The notes: generated from the sequence alone by a model not told the origin. Shown: positions 11,501 through 23,629, numbered from the stretch's first letter. The stretch is DNA of 32,424 nt from Thraustochytrium aureum (GCA_012862495.1 BLSG01000119.1:1-32424), one strand, 5' to 3'. A program made the numbers and translations.

Positions 11501-14500
11501 CTGGCCCTCGAGGCCAGAGCGCGTCACCGTAAAGTTGACCTCACTCACCAGCGAGGCGGCGTCCGGCGGCAGGTTTGGCTCCGGGTTGCGCGTCACCAGC
11601 AAGAGGCGAAACTTTTCGTTGTAGTCGATCAACTTGTCGCCGATCTGGACCACCCAGCGCGGGCCCTGCCGCTTGAGGTCTTTGCGGATGAGCGGATAGA
11701 GCATCGGGTCCACACCGTCCACCTCAACCACGAGCAGCGTCTTGCCAAACCGGACAGCCAGCTCGACCTGGTTCACAAAGCGAGGGTCCTGCTGCGCGAC
11801 CACCTCGAACGGATTTGCCTCGTCGCGCGCGAGGTGCGCCTTGAGCCAGCGCGAAGCCGCGCTCGCCGGGTCGATCACAAAGGGGCACCGCGACTCGGGG
11901 CTGTTCAGGATGATGATCGCGTTCTCCATGCTGAGATCGTCGCCAGGGAGGCCCTCCTGCGACTTCCACACGAGCATCTCAGACTCGGAGCTCATGATGC
12001 GCTTCACGTCAAACGCGGCGTTCATTGCGCCGTCGGCGGCATCGTCGTCTTTGCCCTCGCGAGCTGCGCGCTCTGACCCGAGGCCGCAGAAGTCCGCGGC
12101 CCAGCGGCGCATCTCGCGCTCCCGGACGTCTTCGGGGCTCTTGCCGAGGTAGGTCACGAACGCCGCGGAGAGCAGGATGCGCATCGGGAGCGTGCCCATA
12201 ACTCGGCGCAGCTCGGCCGCCTGCGCAGACCATCGCTCTTGCTCGCCGCTGAGCTCACCCAGCAGCTTTTCGGCCTTTGCGAGAGTGGCCTCCGTATCAG
12301 AGAGGCGGATGTTCAGCTCGGCGGCCTCCTTGGTGGTCTTCTTAAAGTTCTCCTGGAGCGATTTCACGCGCTCGTCGATCTCCTTGAGCTCGTCCTCGCA
12401 TTCGTTCATGCGGGCCTGCGCGGCCTCGAGGGCCTGCGTGGCCTCGCCCAGCTCGGCCTCGAGCGGCTGGATCTTGTCGAGCACGAGGCTGTACCGCACG
12501 TTGGCTTTGACCCACGCTGCGAACGGGGCGGCTGCCACCGAGACGCGCTGGATGGTGGCGCGCTCGAACGAGCTGCCCTTTCTGCGCAGCAGCTTCATCA
12601 CCTCGTTGCGGATCTCGGGCGTAATGCGGTGAGTGTCAAAGTTGAGGATGTCGTCCTTGACGCCGCGGTTCCCGAGAAACTTTTTCATCGCGGTCCAAGA
12701 GGTGTCGTTGATGCCCAGGAGCATCAGGACCGCGCTCAAAACGTCCGCGACGGGGTCCGGGGGCATCTTGAGGCTGCGCAGCTCGTTGAGGTTATCCGAC
12801 TTGATCTTGCCCACGGCTTCCTTGGCGCTCTCAAGGATGGGCTGGATTTCGGACAGCTCCTCTTCGATCTTGGCTTTGCGGCCCAGCGTCTCCTGCTCGG
12901 CGGCCTTGAGGTCTTCTGCGAGCGACTCGGTCTCCTTNNNNNNNNNNNNNNNNNNNNNNNNNNNNNNNNNNNNNNNNNNNNNNNNNNNNNNNNNNNNNNN
13001 NNNNNNNNNNNNNNNNNNNNNNNNNNNNNNNNNNNNNNNNNNNNNNNNNNNNNNNNNNNNNNNNNNNNNNNNNNNNNNNNNNNNNNNNNNNNNNNNNNNN
13101 NNNNNNNNNNNNNNNNNNNNNNNNNNNNNNNNNNNNNNNNNNNNNNNNNNNNNNNNNNNNNNNNNNNNNNNNNNNNNNNCGTCGCGTCTTGCTCGCAAGC
13201 TGCAGGGCCTCGGTGATCTCCTCCATCGAGGCGTCGGCGGCGGCCTGCTTCTTTTGCAGCTCGACGCGCTGCTTGCCGGCGTCCTCATTGAGGTCGTCGA
13301 CGGTGCGCGAGGCCTCCTCCAGCTTGGCGAGACCGCCCAGGAACTGGGTCACTTTCTTCTCGATCGCGCCAGCCTTGCGCTCGTGCAGGTGCCGAAAGCA
13401 CTCGAGGAACGCGACTAGGTCGCGCGGGGTGGCCCCTCGCGGCTTGCACGACTCGTGAATGCGAGCGGCGGCCTCTTGCAGCGCTTCTGCGTCCCAGTCC
13501 TCAGGGGCGTCTTTGCCGAAAAACTCGGGCAGCAGCAGCGACGGAAAGCCCTCCATGCTCTTTCGCGACCACTCGCCAAACCAAAGGATCGAGCAGCTCG
13601 TGTACAGCGCGGGATTGGATTCGCACCGGAGGAGAAACCGCGGGTGCGTCGGGTCCATCGCCACTGCAACGTGCAGGTGCTTTTGCACGCGGCGGACGAA
13701 GAACTCGTACGGCGTGCGCACGCTGCCATCGCCAGCCTCGTCCTGCATCTTCTCCTTGAGCGGGTCCAGCAAGGGGACTAGCTCCTCGTGCTTGTACAGG
13801 CCGGGCACCTCGCCGCTGCACAGCAGCGAGTTGAGCGTCTCGAGGACCTCTTCTGCAAACACGTGGTGGTCCTCGACGTACAAGACGCTGTGCTGGCCGT
13901 CGACGCCAGCGCTCTGGATCACCTGCTTGAGGTCGTTGCGAAACGTCTTGAGGCTGGCCTGAATGTCGGTGCATGCGCCAAGGTTGGGCGAGAAGAACTG
14001 CATGCCTTGCATGTGCGCGGCCAGCACGGTGGCCGTGCGGCGACCGACGCCGCTCCGACCGACCAGGAGCATCGAGCCGCCCGGCTTGCTGAGGACGCGG
14101 TCCACGTGCGCAATGTGCTCGAGCACCTCGCCGAACAGCTTGATGTTGAGCTCCTTTTCTTCGCGCTCGTACATCATCATCCCGTGCTCGATCACGCTCG
14201 TAAACTCGTCGAGCGGGACGCGCACGAGCTGGCGGACCGACGAGCGCGACGCGCCCTCGTCAGACTGCTTGCCTTCTGCTACGCCCGGCCCAGAGCTAGC
14301 GGGGGCCGTCGCCAGAGAAGTAAAGTAGGCCTCGTCGAGGCCGTCCATGCGGTGGCTCCAGTCCTTGCGCAGCGCGCTTGAGAGCATCCCGTCAAACCTG
14401 TTCTTCGACTCTTGGTCAACAAGGCGGTCTCGGAACGTGCGTTGCGCCTCGTAGGCAAACACGTCGAGCAGGTCCTCGTTCGCAAGGTCGTAGCGCAGGA

Positions 14501-17500
14501 GGCCGAGGACCCACTGCGTCAGGTCGCGCGGCGTGAACAGATAGTGCCGGTGGTCGTCAACGGAAAACTTGTCGCGCACGCTCTTGAACAGGTCGACCAT
14601 GGTCGAGGCCAGCTGGCGCAAGTTGGATGGGTTGGTCCACTTGGCGTCGCCCACGTCCACGGCGTGATCGCGGGTGTCCAAGAGCGCCGCTTCCAAAATT
14701 GACGCGTAAACGCCGACCAGCTCATCTGCGACCGGATAGTCGATGTAGGCGATCCGCATTGCCGCGGTGAAACGCGTCGAAAGCGCGTGGCGCCCCACCG
14801 TTGTGGCAGGGTTCATCGAGGCGACAATGTGAATGCGGTCGATTCCGAGGAACTCGAGGCTGTTGTCGTAAAAGCCGCCCATCGTAATGAGCTGCTGCAG
14901 GAAGGCGATCAGCATGCACGTGTCGTACTTGTCGGGCTTTGGAAGGTTGATGTCTTTCAGGTACAGAACCAGTCGCTCCGAGTCGCGAGGTCGGTACACG
15001 CGGCCCGTGTTGGTGCTGAACAGCGAGCAGGCCTGCTGAATCTTCTGGATGACGTGCGCCGCGGATGTCTGCGCGTTGCAGTGCAGCGTCGCCACGCTCG
15101 TGCTGCGGCCGGCCTGGCGAAAGCAATGCGAGAGCAGCATTGTCTTGCCGCAACCCTCCGGGCCGACCAGAATAAATGGCTCCATCCGGTCCACCCAGCC
15201 CTGAATCATCCCGAGGTTGCGCTGCACGGAGGCGGTCTGGATGACGGCCCCGCTGTTGGCGAGGCGGGCAAACTCGCCCTCGAGCTCGCTGCGGCCCGAG
15301 AAGCTGGCGAGCGAGCCGCGGTCCGCATAGCAGTCGAGCGGCGCTTTCGTGCTCGGTGGAGCCTCCTGCGTGAGCTCGTAGCAGAACCGCGCGAAATCTG
15401 CGCGCGAGGCGAGGTCGAGGTTGCCGCCGAGGCCGCGCACGAGGCCGACGGCGAAATCGGCCTTGCTCACGGCGTGCTCGATGTGCGAGAGCCCGTTGTT
15501 GACCGTGCCAACCATGGTCGTGTCCACCACAAAGGAGCCGCGCGTGAGAACCCAGTCAAGTGCCTGGTAAAAGTAGTCTTCAATCCACTGTCCAAGGCGC
15601 TCCACGTCGGCGCTTCCCGTTTGGCCGGGGCCGGCGCTGTCTTGTTTCGACTCGGCCGGCGCTGGTTTGGGCCCGCGCGCTGCAAGCCAGCACTGCACAA
15701 GGCGCTTGACGTCCACATCTTCGTCAGAGAGGAAGATCATGCCCATGCGCGAAATGGTTGCCGGCGAGGCAAAGCGGAGGTCGTGCGTCTCAAAAATAAA
15801 GTTGACGTTGGCCCCGAAGGAGATGCGCTCGCCGTTTGGCATGGTCAAAAGCTTGTTGTCATCGAGCACCGAGTTGAGCGACTCGATCCATTCGGGGTCG
15901 ACGTCGCCGTCGCAGACGATCCAGGAACGGACCTCTTTGGGCTCGCGTACGACCTGGCGGGCCGCGTTGGTGAGCACGCCGTCAAACCACTCGCGCGTGT
16001 CCATGTCCATGTAGCCGAGAAGGCGCTCGCGCGGCATGGCCTTGGGGTTCATGATGTGCGTCTTGACCGGGGTCCCGGTGCGCTTGAGCGCCTCCTTGAG
16101 CACGGTCCAGAGCGTGGACTTGCCGCACCCGCTTGGGCCGACGATGACGCAGCCCATGCGCTGGTCCAGCGACTCTTTGAGCTGCATCATCTTGCGCACT
16201 TGCGCCTCGCTGTACTCGAGCCTAAAGTGGGGCTCTTGCAGGACCTCGCGGATGGCGTTTTCGAGGTCCTCGTAGGCGACGTCGCGTGACTCGGCGCCCG
16301 GAAAGACGTCCCCGATGAGGCCCAGGAACGCCTTGGCATCCACAAAGGTGAGCTTGGACAAGGTGTTGACGCGGATGGCCTTGATGAGTATCTCGCGCTC
16401 CAGCTCGGGCGTGAGCGGGGCGCTTCCGTTGGCGCGCTTGTGCGAAGAGACAAACTTGCCGCCCGTGTTGAGCACCGCCTTCATCGCGCGCAGGCCCCAG
16501 TCGTAGTGAAGCTGGGGCGAGAGCAGCTCTTTGGCGAGCTGGTAGAGCGAGACGAGCTTTTGGCCAAGGTCACGCGCCTCCTGAAAGCCCTCCGAGTAGA
16601 GGATCACCTCGGCGATGAGGTTGTTGTCTGGGCGCGACATGGCCACGGGGCGAAACAGCTGTTTAAGGTTGTCTGGGAGCTTGGATCGGCCGCCGTAGCC
16701 CTTGCCGGCGGGGTTCATCGTGACAAAGATGCCGGCGTTGTGGTCGACGTCGATGGTGGTGCCGAGCAGCTTTAGGGTGGGGCGGCGGTCCTTGATGGCG
16801 GCCTGGATCACCTGGATCTGTTGCGATACCGCAGAGAGCTGGTCTTCCTTGAGGCGGTTGAACTCGTCAAAGCAGCCCCAGGCGCCGCACTTGACCAGGC
16901 CCGTGAAGATTCGTCCCAGTGAGTGGTGGTCGATGCCCTCGTCGCAGTTGAAGACGAGGACCTGGCGACCGAGGCAGCTCCCAAGGGCCTTGACCGACTC
17001 GGTTTTGCCAGTGCCTGCCGGGCCGTAGGGCGAGCCGCCAAAGCCCATGTGCATCCCCTGCGTCAGCGTGAGGTAGCACTTGTCGGTGAGCGGGGTGTGG
17101 ACCAGCTTTTGCGCGTTGCCCCAGTACTCGTACGTGTACTTTATCTCTGCGTCGCACATGCGGGCGACGCACTGGTTGCTCGTGTTGAGGTAGTAGCGCA
17201 GCTGCTTGTCCCAGTGCCAGTCCTCGATGTTTTCCACATTGGCGCGCTCGATCTGGTCGCAGACGTCGATGTTGTGGACCAGGTCCAGGACGAGCGCCTT
17301 CACCTTGAGCTGGCTGAGCGGCTGCGAGGCCAGGTCGGCGCCGGTGTAGCCCTGCAGGGTCTTGCGCAGCAGCTTGCGGAGCGCCGGGACCTTGCGCTGC
17401 TTGATAGCGTGCTCGCAGCGCGAGGTAAACTTTATGCACTCTGCCAAGCACAGGACCTGGCTGGGAAACGCGTCCAGGTTGACCTGCTTTTCCTGTACAC

Positions 17501-20500
17501 AACGCACGAGCTGCATCTGCAGCGTGCGGCGCACCTCGTCGCTGAGGTTTTGCAGCCAAACCTCGACATGGTCGGTCACGGTAACGGGCTCCTCGAGGTC
17601 GACGCGCTCGCCTGCGGAGCTGCAAACGGCGACGATGCGGGCCTTGGCGTCGTCAAAGACGACCGAGTTGATGCCCTGAAAGAGCTTTTTCAGGTGGCTC
17701 TGGATGACGGCCGGGTTTTTGGCCTGCCCCAGGATTTCGAGCAGGTCGTCGTCGCCAATAAAGTAAAACCGAGGCAGCTTGCTGCGCTTCTCCTCGAGAA
17801 AGTCGGCCAGCGCCTTTTGGCAGCGCTCGAGCTGGTCGACCATGGTGGTGAGCACCTCGCGCATGCGCGGGAAATGCCCTCGTCGCAGAGGTTGAACAAG
17901 AGCGGCTCGGCGGCCAGCTTGCCCATGATGTCCACCCAGTCTTCGTCGATGCGGCGGAACCGGTTGGACTCGCTAGGGAGGGCGCCGCGCCCAAAGATTG
18001 GCTCAAGGTAGAGCCACTTGCGCTGGACCTGGTTCATCATGCTGAGGTACTCGTCGAGGGCGGCCATGTTTTGCTCGTACACGGCGGCCTGCTGCTCGAA
18101 GGGGCGAAAGTATTGGGACTCTTTGAGCGAGGCAAGCAGGCTCTGGTTGTCCCCGAGCTCGGTGAGGATGTCCTTCCAGTTCTTGATAAGCGGCGTGTTG
18201 CGGCCCATCTCCTCGTGGTCCATCATCTCGACCGCGGCGGTCTCTGCCCAGGACTTTAGCTCGGTGATCGCCTCGCGGATGGTGACCTCGCCCTGGGCCC
18301 GCGCGGTCATGTCCTTGGCGAAAGAGAGGTTGTCAGCCACGGCGTCGATGACGTCAACAAAGTGGCCAAAGGTGAGGTTTTGGAGGCTGACGCCCTTGGG
18401 CATTCCCAGTTTGCGGAACAGCGTGGACCAGTGCTCCTCTTTGAAGGGCTCTCCGCGCATAAACTTGAGCGCGGGGACGGCCTTGCGCAGACCAGCGCAG
18501 ACCTCGACAACGCGGTCCAAGACCTGACCGCGCGCCTTGCCTTTGAGGCCGTCCATCCAGTTTCGCGCGAGGTCCTCGGCGTCAAAGAGCGAGGTGCGAA
18601 AGGAGAGCCAGTCTTTGGCGCGAAGCGCGTCGAGCTGCTCTGAAAAGGCCTTGAACTGGTCCCACTCGGCCTGGGTGGCCTCAAAGTCGCCCTTGACCTC
18701 GTCGAGGACCTCGAAAGTGGGCACGGGGAGCTCAAAGTGCTCGCAGTTGGAGGCGCAGGCCTCGGCGGCAGCCTTGACTTGGTCAAACTGCACCTGCCAC
18801 TCAACGAGCTCCTCGAAGATGGTCCGCACTGCTTCGGGGTGCCAGGAGTCGACGCCCCTCCCGGCCGGGCTTGAGCGAGTTCCAGCGCGAGGCAAACTGA
18901 TCCACGCGCTGGCGGCACTCGGCAACGTCGTCGTCGACCCGGGCTTTGAGCGCCTCGCGCTGGTCCTCGATCATATCGTTGAATGCGACGAGCGCAACTT
19001 CAAAGTTGTCCCATTTGGCGGGGAGGCGGCCGTGGGTCTCCATGACCTCGGCAACGTCCACGGCGGCGCCATGCTGCGCGGAGGAGACCATGGCGAGCAA
19101 GAGCTTGCGGCGCTCCTCGGAGCGGTCCCACTTGGCGCGATAGTCGGACTTGACGGCGGAGATTGAGTTCCACTCGGCGGTGGCCTCGGAGATCTCTTGT
19201 ATGCTCTCGGGCCGCTTGCTGAGGCGGTCCATGGACCCGTTGAGGAAGGCTTCCACTTCGCGCAGCACGGCGAGCACGCTGCGGCGGAGCGAGACGAGAA
19301 GCGCGTCCGCGAGGCGCGAGAGCTGGTCCTCGACGGCCATCTTGAGCGGGGTTGTGCTGACGGTGACGCAGTCGACCTTGTAAAAGTCGGAGATCTTGTC
19401 GAGCTCGCGGCGGCGCGCTTTGAGCGCCTTAAAGTTGACCTCCCAGTCGGCGCAGTCCACGCAGGCCTGGTCGACGAGCGCGTCGAGGTCGGCGACCGTG
19501 CCGAGGACCACGTAGGGCTCCATCGATTCGGCGAGCTGGTCGAGGCGGTCGAAAAGGCCCTCGGCCTTGACGTAAACCTGGTGCAGGGCGCCAGCGTTTC
19601 GGTCGGCCATCCGGGCGTAGGTCTGGCGAGCCCTGGCGGGCCCCGAAAAGCCCTGAAAGGCAGCGGGGATGGAGATGAACTTGCGCATCTTGCGGTAGTA
19701 AGCTGCGCGGAGCTCCTCGGCGGGGGGCTTGAACTGCAGGCGGTGCGCGGAGAAGACGAGTTCGGCCTTGATTTCGCCCAGGTTTTCATTGAGCGACTCG
19801 AGGCCCATGCGCCACGAGCACTCGAGGCTCTTGTAAACCTGGTCGTCCCAGTGAGCCTTCCACTTGGCCATGCGCTTGGGCTCGTAGCTGGTCTCGAGCT
19901 GGCCCATCGTGGTGGCAAGGCGGCCCCACTGTTGCTTCCAGCGGTCCGCCTGGCGCAGGATATCGACGTCCATGAGGCGCACGACCTGCTCGCCGAGGCG
20001 CTCGTGGCTCTTGTGCAGGCGCCTGTTTTCGCCGCTGAGCTTGTCGGCGGCCTGGCGGAGGCGCTCGACGTAGGCGCGGCAGTCCTCGGGGGCGCCCCAG
20101 GTCACGAGCTTGCCGTCGCGTTTGGAGCCCTTGGAAAGGCGCGGGTCGGTGACCTCGCGCTCAAACTCGACGAGGGCCTCGAAAAGCATGGCCTTTTGCG
20201 ATCCGATGATCTGCGTCTCCATCGAGTTGAAGAAGGTGGCCGTCTTTTCAGCATGACGCCGTACCGGTAGTACTTTTCGGCCTCGCGCGCGGCCTTTTTC
20301 ACCTTGGCGGGGACGGGCAGGCCCATCTCGCCGAGCTGGCGCACTTCGCGCAAGAGCGTGACGAGGCGCTCGCTGAAGTTGACCTGCAGCAGACCGTTCA
20401 GGTCGATCTCCATGAGCTGCCCGGTCATCTGCAGCGAGAGCTCGCCGTCAGCAAGCTGCTCTTCCATGTCGATGCTCCAGTCCCGGAATACGTCGCCGAT

Positions 20501-21752
20501 CCAGGCCTCGATGCGGCTCAAAAGCGCGTGCGCGGCGTCTTGGAGTCTCGCAAAGGCGGCGAGGTCTTCGAAGAGCTCGGTGGCGGCTGCGAGGACACTG
20601 TCGACGCAGGCGCTTAGCTGGCGGCCCCAGATCACAGCGTTGACGGTGGGCGAGGCGTTGGGGCTCTGCGGGGCGTCGGGGCGGGCCGCGTCCTGCGAGC
20701 GGGACTCGAAGGCGCCGTCCAGCTCGTCCACGTAGGCGCTGACTCGCGCGAGCACTGTCTCGCGCTCGCTGACGAGGATCTTGCGGACCTCGGGCCGGTT
20801 GACGAGGTTTTTGTACCGGGTAAACTCGCCCAGGAGGACTTGGGGGTTTAGCTTTTCGTTGCGGAAGATGGTCTTGAGCTTGCGCGAGAGCTTGCCGGCG
20901 ATGATTCGCTCGGCTGGCGCGACGCGCTTTTCGTGGCGCGCGAGCGCAGCGTCCCACAAGGGCTGCGTGTATTGGTTGGCAAAGAGGGGCTGAAGCCCCT
21001 CGAATGCCTCGAAGGCGTGCTCGAGGCGGAGGCTCTCTTGCTCTTCGACGGTGAGCAGGCGCTTGAGCTCCTCGTGGGTGGTGCGCAGCCTCACGATATC
21101 TTCAAGTCGTCGCGAGAAAGCGGTGAGGCTGGGGTCGTGGAACGGCTCGCCTTGCTCCTCGTCATTGTTNNNNNNNNNNNNNNNNNNNNNNNNNNNNNNN
21201 NNNNNNNNNNNNNNNNNNNNNNNNNNNNNNNNNNNNNNNNNNNNNNNNNNNNNNNNNNNNNNNNNNNNNNNNNNNNNNNNNNNNNNNNNNNNNNNNNNNN
21301 NNNNNNNNNNNNNNNNNNNNNNNNNNNNNNNNNNNNNNNNNNNNNNNNNNNNNNNNNNNNNNNNNNNNNNNNNNNNNNNNNNNNNNNNNNNNNNNNNNNN
21401 NNNNNNNNNNNNNNNNNNNNNNNNNNNNNNNNNNNNNNNNNNNNNNNNCGCAGCCGCGCATGTTTTCGCCAGTGAGCTCCTCGCTGCTGTTCTTCACGAA
21501 GTGCACCTTGCCCGCGGGCCTGCCTTTGCCCGTCGCTGCGCCGACCTTGTCGACGCTCGCCGTGAACGAGTACTGCTCGTCGCGTTCGACGAAGGCTGCC
21601 ACGTGCAGGCTTCGCACGCTCGGGTCGTTCAGAAACGCCTGCACAGCCTCTTGCTCGCTGACGGCTGCGGCATTCTGTATTCCGCACAGGGACTCGACGC
21701 AGGCTGCGAGGAAGCCGGCTCGAGAGTCTCGCGAACGCGGCGAGGGCGGCAT
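8553..21752 (-). CDS. DYNC2H1: Cytoplasmic dynein-2 heavy chain (retrograde IFT dynein, DHC1b); split by three gaps and at least six apparent indels
   Basis: P-loops GPAGTGKT (AAA1), GPSGCGKS (AAA2), GPEGCGKT (AAA3) and GRSGVGRR (AAA4, dynein-2 type); WGCFDEFNRL, MNPAGKGYGGRSKLPDNLK, YLKDINLPKPDK, stalk ELRSLKMPP, ELAVRFGKTL, FEAPPGIKKNL, QERRTFIPQGWTKFYEF; corrected C-terminus ...WITAGVAFFLR* at TAG 8553. No intron is needed in the sequenced parts. Confidence 0.97.
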
Positions 21753-21914
21753 CGCGTCAAGCTCGCCACACCAGCTCCTGGCTCTTTGCTGCTATCGACT
21801 GCTGCGCGCCTGCCCGATCGATCCTCGCTGCTGCCGTTCGGGGTCTGCTGCCGAGGAAGGCGGTGCTGCCAAAACTTACCGTTACACATGTTATGGTCTT
21901 TCATTCAGTCAGGG

Positions 21915-22062
21915 AAGGGGCGGAACACGCACGCACGCACGCATGCATTCTTGCGACCGAACCGATTGACAGAGCGAGGCAACGCTGGCGACCGATTGAG
22001 CAGGCAACGCTGGCGTGGAAAGGGGCGAAGCAGTGGGAGAGCAAAGGGGCGAAGCAATGGGA
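21915..22062. repeat. Short tandem duplications upstream of the dynein gene
   Basis: (CACG)n 21926-21943; ACCGATTGA..AGGCAACGCTGGCG twice (21961-21990, 21991-22015); AAAGGGGCGAAGCARTGGGA twice (22019-22038, 22043-22062). Confidence 0.85.
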
Positions 22063-22134
22063 CGCGGTCCTTGCTTTATAAAAGAAAATCTAATTTTGTC
22101 TTTTGTGCATGGTCAGGCAGGCGAGTTTAGCGCG

Positions 22135-22893
22135 TCAGGTGGTGCCAAGGAAGACCTGCATGGCCTCAAACTGGGGTTTCATAGAGTACTGGCGAAACAC
22201 GCTGAAGCGGCGCCCCGCGCTGCCAAAGTAGTTGCCGTTCGCATCGCGGCCGGTCCAGACGACGTAGACGGCGAGGTCGCAAAAGCTGTTGACGTCGACG
22301 TCTTCCGAGTTGCACGAGGTCTCTGTGAGTGCCGTGTCTGTCCCCTGGCCCGGGGCGGGGATGCTGTTCTCTTCCAGCGGGTCCGCAGAGCTGGTCGAGT
22401 AGGCGTTGGACACGCATTCCTGGACGTTTAGGGGCACGCTAGCGTCGGTGAAAAAGCAGCCGTCGTCCCAGGTGATGTTGGCCACTTTGCCGAGGTCGAC
22501 GTTGATCACGGCAGTCAGGATGGGGAAGAACAGCGAGTCCGACTGGCAGTACCGCTTGCGGTACGTTGAGCTCACGCCGAGGCTCGTCACGTGAAAGAGG
22601 TCCTGGTTGCAGCCGCCCTGGTTGCTCTTGTAAACTGTTTTCGGCGCGCGTCAGCTGCTGCGCGCAACGGCGGCAAAGCATCGGCCGCCGCCCTTTCGCC
22701 CAGCAAACACTTACTCCCAGGAACGGTGAGCCGCGCAAAGTTGTCTGCCAGCGGCACGGCCACCGAGAAGTTGGCGTTGTTCACCACCAAGCACACGTAC
22801 GTGGTCTGCCCAATCACCACGTCCGACACGCCCTTGGGCCCGCACGCCCGGGCCACCAGCGCCAGCGCCGCCGCAGCCCACACCGCCTCGCCA
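22135..22893 (-). CDS. Secreted or luminal Cys-containing protein of unknown function; 5' end in gap, one intron
   Basis: Signal-peptide-like AVWAAAALALVARAC, then CLVVNN...RLTVPG-IYKSNQGGC...ITWDDGCFF...CDLAVYVVWTGRDANGNYFGSAGRRFSVFRQY; continuous ORF after removing intron 22635-22714; codon usage like the neighbouring genes. Confidence 0.8.
22635..22714 (-). other. 80-bp spliceosomal intron (phase 1)
   Basis: Minus strand GGGA|GTAAGT ... GCTGAC ... AAAACAG|TT; removal fuses the two ORF pieces in frame. Confidence 0.88.
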
Positions 22894-23572
22894 NNNNNNN
22901 NNNNNNNNNNNNNNNNNNNNNNNNNNNNNNNNNNNNNNNNNNNNNNNNNNNNNNNNNNNNNNNNNNNNNNNNNNNNNNNNNNNNNNNNNNNNNNNNNNNN
23001 NNNNNNNNNNNNNNNNNNNNNNNNNNNNNNNNNNNNNNNNNNNNNNNNNNNNNNNNNNNNNNNNNNNNNNNNNNNNNNNNNNNNNNNNNNNNNNNNNNNN
23101 NNNNNNNNNNNNNNNNNNNNNNNNNNNNNNNNNNNNNNNNNNNNNNNNNNNNNNNNNNNNNNNNNNNNNNNNNNNNNNNNNNNNNNNNNNNNNNNNNNNN
23201 NNNNNNNNNNNNNNNNNNNNNNNNNNNNNNNNNNNNNNNNNNNNNNNNNNNNNNNNNNNNNNNNNNNNNNNNNNNNNNNNNNNNNNNNNNNNNNNNNNNN
23301 NNNNNNNNAAAATACGCATTTCTTCCACAGCGCACAAGGAACGCGTTCTCCTCTTCGCACGAACGTTCGCTGTGATCATGAACAACAACAGAGTCCGAGG
23401 AACGAGGGTTTTTCGAGCATGCTTCCCAAGGAGCTGCTGGGCAGGTGTTGAAGAGGGCGTTTCGAGGAGGGAACGGAAGCGAAGATGGCGCCGTTGACTA
23501 CGAAGGACGCGCAGAGCCCTCTCCATCGCAGCCGCGCGCGACTCGTTGACGCAGGCACGGACCAGGCCAGCA

Positions 23573-23629
23573 CGGCAGGCAGGCAGGCAATCAGCTAGGC
23601 AGGCAAGAGGCAAGAGGCAGGCAGGCAGG
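23573..23629 (+). repeat. Degenerate (GGCA)n tract immediately 5' of the Rpn7 ATG
   Basis: ggcaggcaggcaggcaatcagctaggcaggcaagaggcaagaggcaggcaggcaggATG. Confidence 0.85.

Noticed and set aside
14787..20270. Long antisense and alternate-frame ORFs (e.g. 14787-16289, 16923-18011, 19197-20270; likewise 23591-24730 and 30149-31186 elsewhere)
   Set aside because: Shadow ORFs expected opposite GC3-rich coding sequence; no recognisable motifs.
8553..21752. Programmed ribosomal frameshifting or pseudogenisation of dynein-2 (and of Rpn7)
   Set aside because: The breaks are mixed +1 and -1, lie in unrelated homopolymers, lack a common signal, and the proteins are otherwise conserved with no in-frame stops. 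Sequencing error is more parsimonious.
21776..21879. 5'-UTR intron in the dynein gene starting at minus-strand GTAAGT (21879)
   Set aside because: No GCTGAC-like branch site with a convincing acceptor of the kind seen in the two supported introns.
21870..22015. RFX X-box in the ciliary dynein promoter
   Set aside because: Only half-sites (GGCAAC, GTTAC) are present; there is no full GTTNCCATGGNAAC-like palindrome.
23335..23430. Heat-shock element upstream of Rpn7 (GAACGTTC at 23361-23368)
   Set aside because: Only two correctly spaced nGAAn units; a functional HSE normally needs three.
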